DNA from: Camelus ferus
Lineage: Eukaryota
DNA length: 64,000 nucleotides
NCBI RefSeq assembly: GCF_009834535.1
Contig: NC_045697.1
Location: forward strand, 117,988,001 to 118,052,000
Direction: 5' to 3'
The notes under the pieces were generated by a model that saw only the letters and a program-made list of their open reading frames with translations, was not told the DNA's origin and did no database searches. Position numbers and translations under genes: made by a program. Every line of letters begins with the position of its first letter. The first letter of the stretch is position 1. Positions 1 to 13,491 of this stretch are shown piece after piece.

Positions 1-1357
1 GAGGTACATTTCAAAGGGAAAGTCCATAAAAACAAATTATGGTCACTGTTGGTTAATCATTCAAAATCATAAATCTTGTGTGGTGAGATAACAGTGACCA
101 GACATCGTCACTGAATTGAAAAAATATAACAGCCCCCCCCAAAAAACACAGTACTTTTTCTTGTTTGTAGTGACCACTGTGAGGTTTTAGAATTAACACA
201 ATCGCAATTAATTAATTAATCTCAATTAAGCGTCTTTTGGGTCTGTGATTTAGACCAGAGCACTGGGTTTCAAATTTTTATTCTTTTACTCCTAAAGGGA
301 CTTTGTGGAACTATGGATAGCTTCAGATATTTAGCTGACCATTTTAAAGGTTTCATCATAAATGTAAATATTGCAATTAATAAAAACTTTCAGCATATTG
401 TAAACGTTCACAACGAAATCAAAACTATGGCTTCATCTTTTGAAATATATCTTACAGGATTTAAACACTATAGCAACTTGATATGTGCTGTCATCTATTT
501 TTAGGAACATATGAAATATATTTATGTTTCAATATTTTCTATTAATCATCTCTCACACTTCTTTCAATAAGAAGACACTTATATATGTTTAATTGAAATC
601 TAATATTTTAAAACTTCCTGTGCTTGCAGATCTCAGACAAAAGATTTTTTTCTGAATTGAGCTGTCATTATAGCTATAATTATACACCACTGATAAAAAA
701 TGACTATTATATATTAACATTCTGGAAAATAATAATTAAATATAAAAGTAAGAATTTTGCTAGCACGTCTCTCTCATTAGATCTCTGAAAGGATGGAATT
801 AAGAATTTAATTTGTGTATTGGAATTTACTTGTTGCTAGATTTAGCCAGTGTTCAAACACAATTCTAATTCTATTCTTTCCTCTTGGCTTAGAGGTACCT
901 GTTCAGAAAACTTGTCACATAGATCAGCAGGTAGGAACAGAAGTCTGACTATTAAAATTCAGCATAATTTTTTGAAGTCCTTCCCTGTTATCATTCCAAG
1001 TCACACAGATCGTTAAAAATAAGCTTAATAATAGGTCACCACCAGTTGGGTCTTTCTTCAGTTTTGTTCAGAACAAAGAATTGTAAAGTACCTGACTCAG
1101 CGAAAAGATCTGTCACCAATCGTCAGTCATTTCCTTCCTCGACACCAGCATTGGTAGCGTTACGCTCTGTTTGGCTTCCCCGGAAGTTTTACACCCGGAA
1201 TCATGGGCTGTGATAACGGTGAGATGTCATAGGACCACCTGAGAGGGGGTGGAAAAGGGGGTCTTGAGCCTCCGTCAGAGTGTGTTCTCAGGGGATCAGC
1301 TTAAGACAGTGTATCCTTGGGAGTTAAGACATGGAACTAAGGCGGCAAGGGGGGCGA

Positions 1358-1514
1358 GGGGCAAGATATATCTCAGGGGTGGAGTGCAATGTTTAGCATG
1401 CACGAGGTCCTGAGTTCAATCCCTGGTACCTCCATTAAAAAAAAAAAAATGAAATAAATAAATAAACTGAATTACCTACCCCCTCCAAAAACAAAAAAAG
1501 ATAAAAGAAAAAAA
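1358..1514 (+). mobile_element. tRNA-Ala-derived SINE (camelid Vic-1-like)
   Basis: Degenerate tRNA-like head (gatatatctcaggggtggagtgc...gaggtcctgagttcaatccctggtacctcca), then an A-run, an aattacct-C-rich linker and a second A-rich tail; same layout as seven other copies in the window. Confidence 0.9.
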
Positions 1515-2469
1515 CATGGCATCTGAAAGTTCACTCCTGACCACTTGAAAAGACTTTACACAAGCCTTGGTGGAGGTACGCCACCATTTGAAGATGGCTG
1601 ACATAGAGTGTTTTAATTTGCCATAAAGAATTTCTTTTCTTCAATTCAGATTAGGTGAACTGTGCGGTCATAATCAGAGGTTAGGTGATTTTTATTTCTG
1701 CAACCCATACACTTAATCACTTTGAAAGGAGGTAAGAGGAGCTAGGTCAATATCAAATATTCTTGTCAGTATATCATAGTCAATAAAGGAGTAACAGTTT
1801 TACAAGTAACCTCGTAACAAATGTCTAAATTCTTTGACTTTCAGAGTCAAAATGATGTAATAAAACTTTTTAAAAAAGGACTCTACTTTGTAGAGAAATA
1901 AATCAGATTTCTTCAAAGATATGTGTAGTATTTCAAGTTAAAATACAGGAGGTCCTGGAAAATATTTAGCTCTTAATTCACCAATATATTTGGTAAATTC
2001 TGTATGTAGAAAATCCAAGGAAATAAAACCCATTTATCTTTACTATACTCTTTATTTTGATTACATCTCCTTCAGCCTTCATCTTTGTAGACTAAATAAC
2101 TTTTTTTCTTTAACTCTATTCCTGTTCGGAAATCTATCCACATCCCTGAATTTTGGTTGCTACACATTTCCCATCTCTTTGAAGTCTTTGTTGCCTGGCA
2201 ACTAAAACTCCTGAGCATACTTGTAATAAGAAGCCTGTTATTTTTGTGCTACAGTTGGCTGTTTCTCCTTCCATCTAAAATATACTTCCAGTGATGTTTA
2301 TGTTTTCTCTTGTGTTATTGTTTTTCTTTTGGACTGCCATGGCACATGAAAATTTTTGTTTCTTAGAAATTGTGATAACTGTAGGTCTTTAAAAATAGAG
2401 CTGTGACCAAAATCAATGATGCCTTCTCTTAAAATTAATGAATTAACATACTTATGTGTGCTATGTTAT

Positions 2470-2640
2470 TTACGTACTTAATATCCAATGCTCATAACTA
2501 CCCTATCAGGAAGATACTAGCCTGAATGTTAAGAATGAGGAAACTGAGATTTTGAGAAGTTGTATATTTTCTTCAAGATGATATTTCTAGAAGGTGGTCA
2601 AGCTAGGATTAAAATCCATCCTTTCGTTTCCTCCAAGGTT
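2470..2640 (-). mobile_element. MIR SINE fragment
   Basis: Reverse-orientation MIR core (aatgaggaaactgagattttgagaagttg...caagatg...ctagaaggtggtcaagctaggattaaaatcc). Confidence 0.7.
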
Positions 2641-3886
2641 GTGCTTGGGTTGAATTATTTTCTCTCAAATGCTTTCAAGAATAGTAGCTTTGAAGCTCTT
2701 CCTCCATGTTTCCAAATTTACTTATCCATGTTATTTCAATAGCACTGTGACTTTATTTGCAGACTGTTTGACTCAAATAGGGAGAATGAAATTTCTAGAC
2801 TACCTCAAGCTATCTCTTCACTAAAACTAAAATTATATATTTATTAATTATATATTCTGAGAGGTGGGTGCCTGGAATATTTTCTTGTTCCCCTGTTTCT
2901 GAGTCTTTAAATTTATAACCAATTAATGGTTAAATCTCACAAAGATTACAAAATTCACTTTCCATCTTCTTTCTCCCTCAAGACTTGAATCCCACCCTGA
3001 GTTTCTTCTGCTGCATTAAAAAGTATTTGCTAACTGTTTTTGGATGCTTGTTATTAAAAATAAAACTTTTTTGTGTCCAAATAGTGTCTGCTCCTAGGTA
3101 CTCACTGCTGTGTTTCATTTACCATTGGACTAGCCATTTCTCCTTACTGTTCCCTTCCTTTTGCTCCTGGTGTGTTTCTGGAATTGCAGGCTCCTCCTGC
3201 CCAGTGGCCTGTTGGCACTCATGGTTAAATATATCTTGCTTCTGAGGGTCTGCTTTACCCAATCATCATATATTACATTTATTCGTAGTAGTTGGATAGG
3301 TAATAGGTCAGAATTTTTGAAAAGAACAGGGAGTAAAATAAATACACAAAGCTTCTGATACAGAAATGGCAGAACACATAACTAGGAATTCTGAAAAAGG
3401 CACAAAAATAACCAGGGAGATTCAAGTAGAGGTGGCATCTGGTTGGTTATTACGACGTCTATAATTTTACTTTAAATACATAGATGGCATAGTATTATGT
3501 GGTTCTTCTTTGGATTAAGTTAAAACTCAGTTGCTGGACCTTGAAATCTAATCAGGAATTTAAACTCTAGGTGTCAGTTAAAATTTTAAGGAGAAAGCCT
3601 GTGTTCTGGTTACTATACATGCTCTTGTCTCTGACTTAACATATGAGGCTTTTCCAATCATACAGTGAATATCAGAAATGGTTTTAATTTGTGAGTTAGA
3701 AATTTTCTATTTACCATTGTGAGTAAATGTTAAATGGGTTAAAATGGGTTTTCATCGGTGAAAACAGGATAGTCAAGATACATAGGTCAACTTCTGTGTT
3801 TCCTAGACACAGTTACCATTTTGAGAATAGTGTAGAAAAATCCAGCAAGGCTCATAGTCTTTATCCCTATAGATGATGACATAGCT

Positions 3887-4512
3887 CAACTGTTTACAAT
3901 CTTTTTGATCTCAGAATCCATGTTCACTGTTACAATTTATTGAAAATCCCGTAAGAACCTATATTATGATATTGAAAGTAAGGAAGGAGAATATTGATTA
4001 ATTAAAAATAGTGATAAATGTATTCTGTTAAATATAAACATTTATGAAAAATAACTTTATTTTTAAAAACAAAAAAATGGCAGGAGTGGCATTGTTTAAT
4101 ATTTTTGAAAATTTCCTTAGTGTCTGCATTATTAGAAGAAGCCTGGATTCCACTTGTTCCTGCTTTCAGTTTGCTGAGATAACGCTGTTTCGGTTGAAAC
4201 CCATGAAGAAAATTCAACCTCATACCTCATCTGACTTACGTAGCTGGAAAAAAAAAAGTAGCATAATATCCTTTACAGATAATTTTGGATTTTTTTTTTG
4301 ATATTATATCACAACACAAAAAATGGTAGTTTATTGAAGATTAGTTACAGTGGGGAATCTGAAATAATATCCAAGAATATTTTTCATTCTGTTCCATTAA
4401 AATCCATTGGTCTGTCTTGCACTTTGACTGGGTCACTTGTCCAAGCTTGAATTTGTACCATCAAGCTTTGGTGCACTGACTTATCCAGGTCCTCAAAGTG
4501 TTATTACACTTC

Positions 4513-4548
<36 letters not shown>

Positions 4549-5250
4549 AGTCATTAATATAACCATCATCTAATGGAAAAATTTATAAGTATTGGGAAAT
4601 GGCCAATATGGTGAAGAAGACAAAGTTCTAAACTTCTGAATTTTGCTTGACAGTTCCAATCTTTTTCCTCTGGCAACACAGATTGTTTGTTGATTGCTTT
4701 CTTTGAAGTCACAGGCTGACTTCTTTCATTTTTGAGAAGATGGTGCCAAACACCCAAGATTGGATAGCTGTATTTTGTCTTTCAATTTCTCTCTCAAGTC
4801 AAGGTGGTGTTCCGTGATCAAAACATGTTGTTCAGCTGCAACTCAACCGCCCAAGAGCTTTCCCTTTGATCAGCCATCCTGCTCTGTACGTACATCATAC
4901 AAAGTTTCCATTTTGCACACAGAACATTAAAAATACATGTTCTCAAGGGTCTAGGTGTAATAAAATTAATACATTGTATTGCCTTCTCAAGGCCATTCTT
5001 CAATGAAATGTTTTTACCCCCCTGGAGGCACTGGCTGTGAAGAACACAAGTCTCCCCAGGACAGTTTGGTGCCACTGCCTTGATCCATGCAAAGGCTCCT
5101 ACAGTCTTACCTGCCACTGCTTTTGCACCTTAGTGTAAATGCTGAGACGCTGATGAAAGGTAAATAATATCTCAGTGTCATTACAGAGTAGTTTTAACTT
5201 TGCAGATTCTCTGAAAGGGCCTTAGTGATCATTCATTGTAAGAATTGCTA
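3887..5250 (-). mobile_element. hAT-Charlie DNA transposon (Charlie1a-like) with decayed transposase
   Basis: Colinear with recalled Charlie1a consensus over about 1.3 kb. Minus-strand ORF 4818-5117 (GKTVGAFAWIKAVAPNC...AIQCINFITPRPL) resembles hAT transposase. Degenerate termini are flanked by acatagct / ttctagct (8-bp TSD-like). Strand given is that of the transposase remnant. Confidence 0.85.
4517..4546. repeat. (AC)15 microsatellite inside the Charlie element
   Basis: Direct reading. Confidence 0.97.
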
Positions 5251-5863
5251 TTCTAGCTAAATTTAAAAAATTAAAATTTCTTGTATCCAACTAGTAACAC
5301 GGCAAATTCAGGTTGCCTTTTGCTGCATTAAGGAAAACACAATCTTGCTTCTGGAATCTTGCTTGGGTGCAAATGAGGCTTTCCTGCCAGGCGGCTGGGA
5401 CTTCCTGAGTTTCCAGAATGGGAGTGTGAGGGGCTTCTGACTCACTGGGTAAAAACTGCCTGTGACCACAATGTCTACCAAAAACAGCCTCACAGTTCTG
5501 CCTGATATGTCTGGATAAAGTCAGTTCATAACATTTGAGAAATCAGAAAGCTCTCATGAGGAAGAAGATATTTGCCGTTCTACATGCAAGGTGTGGGAAC
5601 TTGGACAAGTTACTTACTACGTCTCATTTTCTCACTCACAACAGAACCTACTACCTGCAGTCGCCCAGAGGAAGAGACAAGCCATGACCCAGGTAAAGTG
5701 CTGAGTTCAGTGTTTGGCCCACGGCGAGCCCTTGCTAGTGCCACAGCTGCTCTGATCACCATTGTCATCTTCACTATTATCAGATGTGGCTTGAATGGGA
5801 TTCAGATTGGTCAGTGACGGTTTGGGGAGGACATCAGAGTCACACAGAGAAAGGCTTAAGACA

Positions 5864-6369
5864 TATGAATGAAGAACATTGCATCCGTATCAGTAAACAA
5901 AGGATGCTGCGGCCATCACGTCATCAGCTGCTACTGCCACCCCCAATGGTGAGCAGAGGGAGCTCAGGGTGGAGACACGCAGGCAGCCCAGCCTCTGCAG
6001 CCACCCCTAAAGGTGCCCCCTGATGGGGCTCAGGATGGGAAAGAACAGGACATTGGCCTTAGAGAGCTAAGTGCACATCAGAGGAATGATTTGAATGAGC
6101 CCAGACTTTTGTACCTTCCCATACATAGAAAAGTGCTAATTGCCTTAACTTGAGATATCTGGTTTACTTTAATTAACAGTAATCTTTTGATGTTCAAACT
6201 ACCTGGTCCTTGTGACAAAAACTCATGTATCCTGGCTTCTACCTTGCCACTTTGGAGCAGTCTCTTAGAGCAATCTGAAAGGCTGTGTCCTGGGCGCAAG
6301 TCTTCACGAAATCTGCTGAATAAAACATAACAGTCAACCTTTAGGTGGCATCTTATTTCAGTCAAAACA
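5864..6369 (+). mobile_element. ERV1-class solo LTR (cetartiodactyl MER41-related type)
   Basis: Matches a recalled ungulate ERV1 LTR (gtaaacaaaggatg...cccatacatagaaaag...ttaattaacagtaatcttttgatgttc); AATAAA at 6319-6324 followed by a short U5. Confidence 0.7.
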
Positions 6370-9010
6370 AGAATTTGAAGATGTAGAAAATAATTCAATT
6401 AGGTTGGAACTTAGGAGTGTCCGAGAGAGTAACAGGAGGTAAAGATGGAGAAGTCAACTGCAGAGGACTTGACCTGTTAGGACCAGACTTCAGGCTTGTA
6501 GGTAATTGGGGAGCCACAAAAGGCTTTTGAGTGATATGATTCAAGCTCTGCTTTGTTAGGTTTCTCTGGTAGCCGAATGCATATTGGATTTTCGTAGAGG
6601 TAACTAAAGACAGGTACAGGCCCTGGACTCATCAAATTTGCCTTGCCAGTTTTACACAATTGTCTATCAGATTTCAATTTTAAAAACATAGTATGAATCG
6701 AAATTTTAAAAGAGAGAGCCTCAAACTCAGGCACATTGCCATTGTAGAAATGAATAATGTGGTTGGAATTTCTTTGGGTCAGAGTTCGTTCTGAGCCAAA
6801 AACAAATGGAAGGCAAACGTTGCCAAATATTAATTACATTTTGTGGCTACACCAGCTTTTTTGAGTTTTATTTTATTACACTGGAAGGGCTTTAATAATT
6901 CTTCACAAGTTTATGTTTTATGTCTGATAGAGATGAAAGTTAGGAAGGCTTTCCTTTTGTACCATGGCACCCATACAGTCATCTGACTTCTAAAACAAAA
7001 GGTTGGACTGAACAGAAGTAGAATGATAAGTTTGCTTTTCTTTGCCCCCATTTGCTAATAGGAATTTAGTTAACTATCCCTGGTCCTTCATTGTCTGGAC
7101 ACTGAGAACACAGAAATAGTGAAATTCCGATGTGTAGCTGTTGAGAGATAGTAACATCATAAAATGAAGATAACCATTTTATTGGTCACTATTACTGGGT
7201 TAAAAACAAAAGGAAAGAAAAAAAATTAACCTGACACACTCTTCATTCACCACTGTGACCCCCCTCACATCCTTTTGTAGGTAAAGTCTCGCATTCGGAT
7301 GAGAGTAGTTGGAAAGGATCACGTGACACCATTCACGTATTTTCTAGTTGCAGGGGAACACAGGCCACATAATTATGGGGAAAATGGATCTCTCCCTTAT
7401 GTTCATATTTAAATAAGTTTGTGTTCCTCTTGCGTGGCCAAAAACACTGCTCTTTTCCAATTCAAATATGGCCAAAGTGATGAGAGTATCTGTGGACTAG
7501 AAAAAGGATCCCACATGAAACTGAGCAATTAATTTTGGTTTTCTGATGTGGAGCAGAAATGTCCTCCTCAGGGGGCTTCGTGTGTTGGCACCACCCAGCT
7601 GTTGGAAGAATTTGCTCGATGACAGCAAAAACCGAGGGAGAACGAGTCAAAACAGGTGGTCCTGCGGATCCAGGGTCTGACGACTCACTTCAAAGAGCCC
7701 CCTTGGGCTATAGTCAAAGTCTCCTAAGACCAGTGAGAGCTGACAGTGGTAACAGCATCTTAAAAATGGAGAAAGAGGGAAAGAAGGCATATCAAGGCAT
7801 CCAAAAACTGAAGATCAGAGTCTGATGAAATATATATAGTGTGTATGTTAACCTGCATTAATAAACACTTACTATACATGTCAATACTATTTGAGTGTAA
7901 TGTTAAAATTATGAAATACTGCGTTCGATCATATGCATAATGTACACACACGCACGCGCGTGCGCACACACACGATCTTTGTTTCTCTTGCCATCGTTTT
8001 ATTTTCACTCACATCAAACCAGTAGGGTGTGCTCATGACCCAACCCTCTGCCTGTGTCAGCCCACTCCGACCCCTCTGTCCCCCAAGGTAAATAAAAACA
8101 GCCTCGGTTTAAAAGGTAAAATCTTGCAGTCACCTTCGTGCCTCGTTAAAATGAAGCGTTAAGAGAACCTCACCAGCTTTGGTCTCTCTGCTAAAATGTC
8201 AATTAGTCCCTTCCCCAACTCTTTTCTCCCCTTCCCCGGGGGAGAAATCCCTCAATCGAGATTCCATTTACCAAAGCCATCTGTCTTGTCCCCTCAGTGT
8301 CTCTGGGGGACAGCTGGCATTCTTCAGAGTTGGATCCAGGCATCTTTCTGGTGAATAAACACTTGTGTGAAATGGAGAGAAACCGAATTGTGTTACTGCA
8401 TCACGTCTACAGTTTATCCCGTGGGACTCAGAGAACAAGGCAGAAGCCATCCGGTCATGGCCATCCAGTCCTCTCTTCCATTGCTTTCAACTTTTGAGAA
8501 GACCTCCCCTCTCTTGCTGCAAAGGGAAAAAAAGCAGTTTTGCAAAATGGGCTCAGATTAGAACTAAGAGATGAAAATTAAGTATGAATACAAGCAGTTC
8601 TTTGCAGGATAAAAATAGCTGATACAACAGAGCACTGGCTCTGCATTAGATTTTCTCTGTAATTTGTGGAGGTGGAACACACTTAGCAGCTTTCCCTGGC
8701 TGTACATGTGAACACTTGGCTGAGGGATGCTGACGAAATGTATTGTGTGAGCTCATCTCCCACCAAACACTGTTGGTTGATGGCTGTGTGGACCACTCTT
8801 GTCTAATGGTACCCCATATAGCTGAAAAGGGCCAAGCTCAAACATTTCAAAGCACACCCGAATTTAGGTTGACCAGTAGTACATTTCCTCATATTGCTGT
8901 TCTGAGTCAAAGTTCATCATTCTGCATTTAAGGTGGGCAACCTGAGTATTCTAAATCACCCTAGAGGGTCTCATCTGTGAATCTTTATTTGAAGTATTAA
9001 TGTGCTTTTT

Positions 9011-9813
9011 TAATTGAGGTAAAACTGGTGTATAACCATATATTAGTTTTAGGTGTACAACATAGTAATTTGGTTTTTGTATAACCATAAAATCACCATC
9101 AAAATGGATCTAGTTACCACCTATCACCAGACAATTGACCCCCTGCACCACTTTTGACTCCCCCCAATCCTCTTCCCCTCTGATAACCACCAATCTGGTC
9201 TCTGTATCTGTGACGGTTTTGTTTTGTTTCTTTGTTCATTTTTTAAGATTCTATATATAAGTGTCTTTCTCTGACGTATTTCACTTAGCATAATGTCCTC
9301 GGAATCCATCCATGTTGCTGCAAATGGCAAGCTTTCCTTCTTTTTTATGGCTAAATACTATTCCATTGTGTATTCCATCTTCTTTATCCAGTCATCTACC
9401 AGTGGACACTTAAGGTTGTTTCCATATCTTGGTAATTGCAAATAATGAACATTGGGTGCATGCATCTTTTTGGACTAATGTTTCTGTATTCTTTGGATAA
9501 ATACCTAGGATTGGAATAGCTGGATCATATGCTAGTTTTAACCATTTTTAAGGAACCTCTTTACTGTTTTCCATAGTGGCTGCACTAACTTACTTTCCCA
9601 TCAGCAATGCACGAAGGTTCCCTTTTCGCTAGACTTGTTTTTTGCAGACTCTTTGATGATGGCCATTCTGATAGGTGTGAGGTGACAACTCACTGTGGTT
9701 TTGACGTGTGTTCCCCTGATGACTAGTGATGCTGAGCATCTTTTCAGGTGTCTGTTGGACATCTGGATGTCTTCTTTGGAAAAATATTTGTTCAGATCCT
9801 CTGGCCATTTTTC
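9011..9813 (-). mobile_element. 5'-truncated L1 (ORF2 C-terminus + 3'UTR)
   Basis: ORF 9124-9330 MPFAATWMDSEDIMLSEIRQ is the L1 ORF2 C-terminus; 15-bp TSD attaatgtgcttttt (8996-9010) / attaatatgcttttt (9814-9828). Confidence 0.93.
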
Positions 9814-9920
9814 ATTAATATGCTTTTTTCGTGTAGTAGAATCAGAAGCACATAAACAGAGGCTAAAGTATGAGGCTCCATAATGAATAAGTCCTTTATT
9901 TAAAAATGAATTTACAGAGA

Positions 9921-10277
9921 AGTGGAAAGTGCACTAGCGACCACCAGGTGCTCCAGGCAAGCATTTCCTCTCACTGCCTTTCCTGCAGTCACTTGGGGCC
10001 ATATGACTGGTTCTGGCCAATGGATTGTTTGCAGAAATGACATGGGTCAGTTCTGGGCTGGGATGGTTTGGAACTGGTGGAACTTTTCATGTCTGTCTTC
10101 CACTGAGACCAATTTTGAAGACCACATGTTCCAGATGTCATGGATACTAGATGTACCAGGGCCATCCCTCCAACATGTATCAGGCTTTCCTGAGTGAGAA
10201 CTAAAGCTTGTATGTGTTAAACTTTGAAATTTTGAGGGGTTCTCTGTATGTGGTACCAACAACCCTGATCAAAATAT
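9921..10277 (+). mobile_element. MaLR LTR (MLT1-like)
   Basis: MLT1 hallmarks ggggccatatgactggttctggccaatgga...gcagaaatgaca and 3' tgtgttaaactttgaaattttgagggg. Confidence 0.7.
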
Positions 10278-10299
10278 GAGGATGCTGGTTTTCTTGATA

Positions 10300-11180
10300 A
10301 ATTTTAAAAGTTTAACTCAATTTTTACTTAATTTTTGAATAAATGATACACTCATAGAGTTCCTAATTTAAAAGTTCAGTGGGGAGGTGGGGGTATAGCT
10401 CAGTGATAGAGCAAGGGCTTAGCATATGTGAGGTCCTAGGTTCAATCCCCAGTACCTCCATTAAAAAATATATATATAGAAAGAAAGGAAGCCTTGCTTT
10501 TGGATGAGAATGATGATGTGCAGGGTCATTTTAAAAAGTTAAAGCTCAGTGAGATATAGAGTGAAGAATCCCTCTTCCATTTCTGAATCCTGACCACCCA
10601 TCTCCTGCCTCCGCATCCCTGCCCAGACACAACCAATAATTAATAATTCCCCATATACGTTTCCAGAGGTATTTCCACTATATATAAACAAATTCATTTG
10701 TTAAGTTCCCCTTTTGTACACAAATGGGAGCATATTATAATTAATTTGCTTTGCTTTTAGGAATTTTTTACATATTAGAGACATTTACCTTTTGTCTGTG
10801 ATTTGTGTTGCAAATACTTTTTCTTACTTTGACGTCTATCTTTTGACAAATGCTTTCATCGTGGAAAAGCTATTTGGCTTTAGTTCAGTTGATGCGTCAA
10901 GGTTGGAAAGATCTCTTTGAGATTGGTTTTTTTTTTTTAATTTCTGCCTGTTTTCCCCTCTTTTATGATTTCATTTTCCTATATTTAAAGCATTGATATA
11001 CCAAAGGTAAGATTTGAGGTGTGGGTCTAACTTTAATCTTTTCCAGATAGATACCCGGTTGCCTCAATTTTATTAAACACTTTACTCACTGATCTGAAAT
11101 GCAAGCATTATCATAGCTACTTTCCCAGATGTTGTTGGACCTATTTCTGGACGCACTATTTATTCCATTGATCTGTCTCC
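10300..11180 (-). mobile_element. Ancient L1 (L1MC/L1ME-like) 3'UTR and ORF2 fragments, interrupted by a SINE
   Basis: T-rich antisense L1 motifs (tgttgcaaatactttttc; ctatttctggacgcactatttattccattgatctgtct). Confidence 0.65.
10381..10540 (+). mobile_element. tRNA-Ala-derived SINE (Vic-1-like) with atypical 3' segment
   Basis: gggtatagctcagtgatagagc...ggttcaatccccagtacctcca; TSD-like aaagttcagtg (10371-10381) / aaagctcagtg (10541-10551). Confidence 0.9.
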
Positions 11181-12703
11181 CTGAGTGTGAGCCAGCAGCA
11201 TTTATTCCTCAGCTCATGCCAATATGGCTTCTGTACTTATTACCTCAGTGAAATTCCTCTTATCTGAAGATGCTCAGTCTAGATGATGGGGAGTCCTGGC
11301 CAAGGATGGCAGATGAGGAAGATGGGGTGAGTCTACAGAGGAAGGAGGCAATGACACAAGGAAGGGGGAAGCTCTTAGAGTCTTTGAACCTTCAGTGGAC
11401 TGTGGCCCGAGTTAGTGACATCCTTCTTTATTATACCTCAGGCTAAGCATCAAGAGCACTGGACAGGTAAGCACCTTGGTGGGTGCCTACACCTTTTTAC
11501 ACCTTTCTTTTCCTGGCAATCATCTTGAATAATTGGCTGAAAACTCAAATTCTCTTGAGCTAGGAGTGGAAAGTTGCTGGTTACTCTTTTTTTTTTTTTT
11601 TTTTTTTTTACTCCTAGCATCAGTCAATTAAAAAAAATTGATCGAGAAAGATTTCAGACAGATCATAGTCGTTATTTTTTTACTTATCCGAAGTTCTTGG
11701 AGACTGACTGAGCAGGGTAAAAATATAGTCTTACTGTTTTTTGATAAGATTCACATCTTTCAATCAGTATCTTTGACATATAAGTATGAGAGTCTTGAGA
11801 GTAAAAAATAATTCTGAATAAGAGCATAAATGAGTTAGAAAATATTTTCACAACTTGACCTAAATTTTAAAAAGGAAACTCCTGAGTATATTATTGCTTC
11901 TTAATAATTTTTTGTTCAGTTGAGAAACTTTTCAGGGAATTGTAATGAAAATCTTGATATAATCTTTGAAGTTTTAAAAAAAATAGAGTTTTTCTGAATC
12001 AATTTTAGGTACAGATGGTAATCTTATTTTTCTTGTGAACAAGCCTCTAATCATCCATCTCTTATTGGAATTTGTCCTTGGATTTTGTCTGTGTGCTTTA
12101 ATTTAACCAGAATATGACAGAGGATATTATTAATGAACAACAGTTTACAGAATTTCTTTTTCCCTCAACATCCCAAAGAGAATAATATAATTTTGTGCAT
12201 GTTAAGCCACATATCAATCACCTGTTGCGTGATCATGGGGTATATCAAACCATCTTGACTCTCGGGAGCTGATATACTAAGAATTTATTTACCCACTAAT
12301 CTATGATCAGAAATTTCGGCTGGGTTTGGCACATCTATTCCTCTACTCTGATGGGCTTACTGGATTCATCCTCAGGTTGAGCAAGGATGACAGTGGTACC
12401 CAGTGCTCCAGTGACCATCCTGCCAGCCCAGTGGTCAGCACCCTCCACAGAGGTCTGGTCCAGCTCTGCAGATGTCATTTTGGGTTCTCCAGGCACTAAC
12501 TCAGGTAGGAAACTTTTGTTTCAGGCTTGAACTGATGAGTGACTTAAAGCAGTTTAACTTACCTTAAGGTAAGTTACAGGTTAGTTACAGATTTTCTAAG
12601 GTCAGGATCACTTCTAATTGTCCTAATATATATATGTTTTCTATGCAATGCCCTTCTGCTGCACACGCAAAAAACGTACTGAAAAATGAAGCAATTTCAA
12701 GTA

Positions 12704-12920
12704 TTTTTTATTTATTTTTTATTGAAGTATAGTTGATTTACAACGTTGTGTTAATTTCTGGTGTACAGCATAGTGATTCAGTTATACATATATGTATATT
12801 CCTTTTCGTATTCTTTTTCATTATAGATTATTACAAGGCATTGAATATACTTCCCTGTGCTGTACAGCAGGTCTTTGTTGTTTATCTATTTTATGTATAG
12901 TAGTGCGTATCTGCAAATTT
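12704..12920 (-). mobile_element. Short L1 3'-end fragment (cetartiodactyl type)
   Basis: Homologous in-window to the 3' ends at 21667, 26040-26230 and 45088; TSD-like gaagcaatttc (12688-12698) / gaagccatttc (12927-12937). Confidence 0.88.
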
Positions 12921-13491
12921 AATTTAGAAGCCATTTCTTCTGTGTGAATTATTCTAGGTGAGTGATCTAACAGACTTCTTAGAGTCACTACCAGGTGACT
13001 AGTAAGAGGAACTTTTTAATAGAAGCAAAATATAAAGGTGAAGTAGCAATCAAAGGGGAACAAAAAATGTTGTTTGGAGTGAACAGAGCTTGCGCATGTG
13101 AGAGAGTGTTAGAAATTAAAGAGAACACTTGTCATAGAAGATGAATTTTGATGTATATGGAAGTCATTTGCTCCTTAAAATTGCAAATAAGTCTCTTCTG
13201 TTTCAGGGAGTTTCTAAGAGCTGAATTTTAACTTTGTAACTTTTTAGTTTGCAGTTCCCTAATCTACTGTGAATCTCATCTTGTTGGTTGTCTTTTGTTT
13301 GTATTACCCTCAGAGAGAATGTATTTACGATGACCAGGATCTACAGTGATGTATCCAGCTGGTATCAGACCCTGATTAAAGTGGCTACCGCTGAACTGTA
13401 GAATTTAAATTAAAACAGGGATTGTCTTCCCAGTACTTGAGAGACCCCTTCTTTAGCTACTAACAAATTTCTAGTGCACAATAGAGCTTAT

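Noticed and set aside
258..700. Possible old hAT DNA-transposon fragment
   Set aside because: AT-rich with only a vague terminal resemblance; family not identifiable.
4818..5117. Domesticated hAT transposase
   Set aside because: Short, frameshifted remnant within a decayed Charlie element interrupted by a microsatellite.
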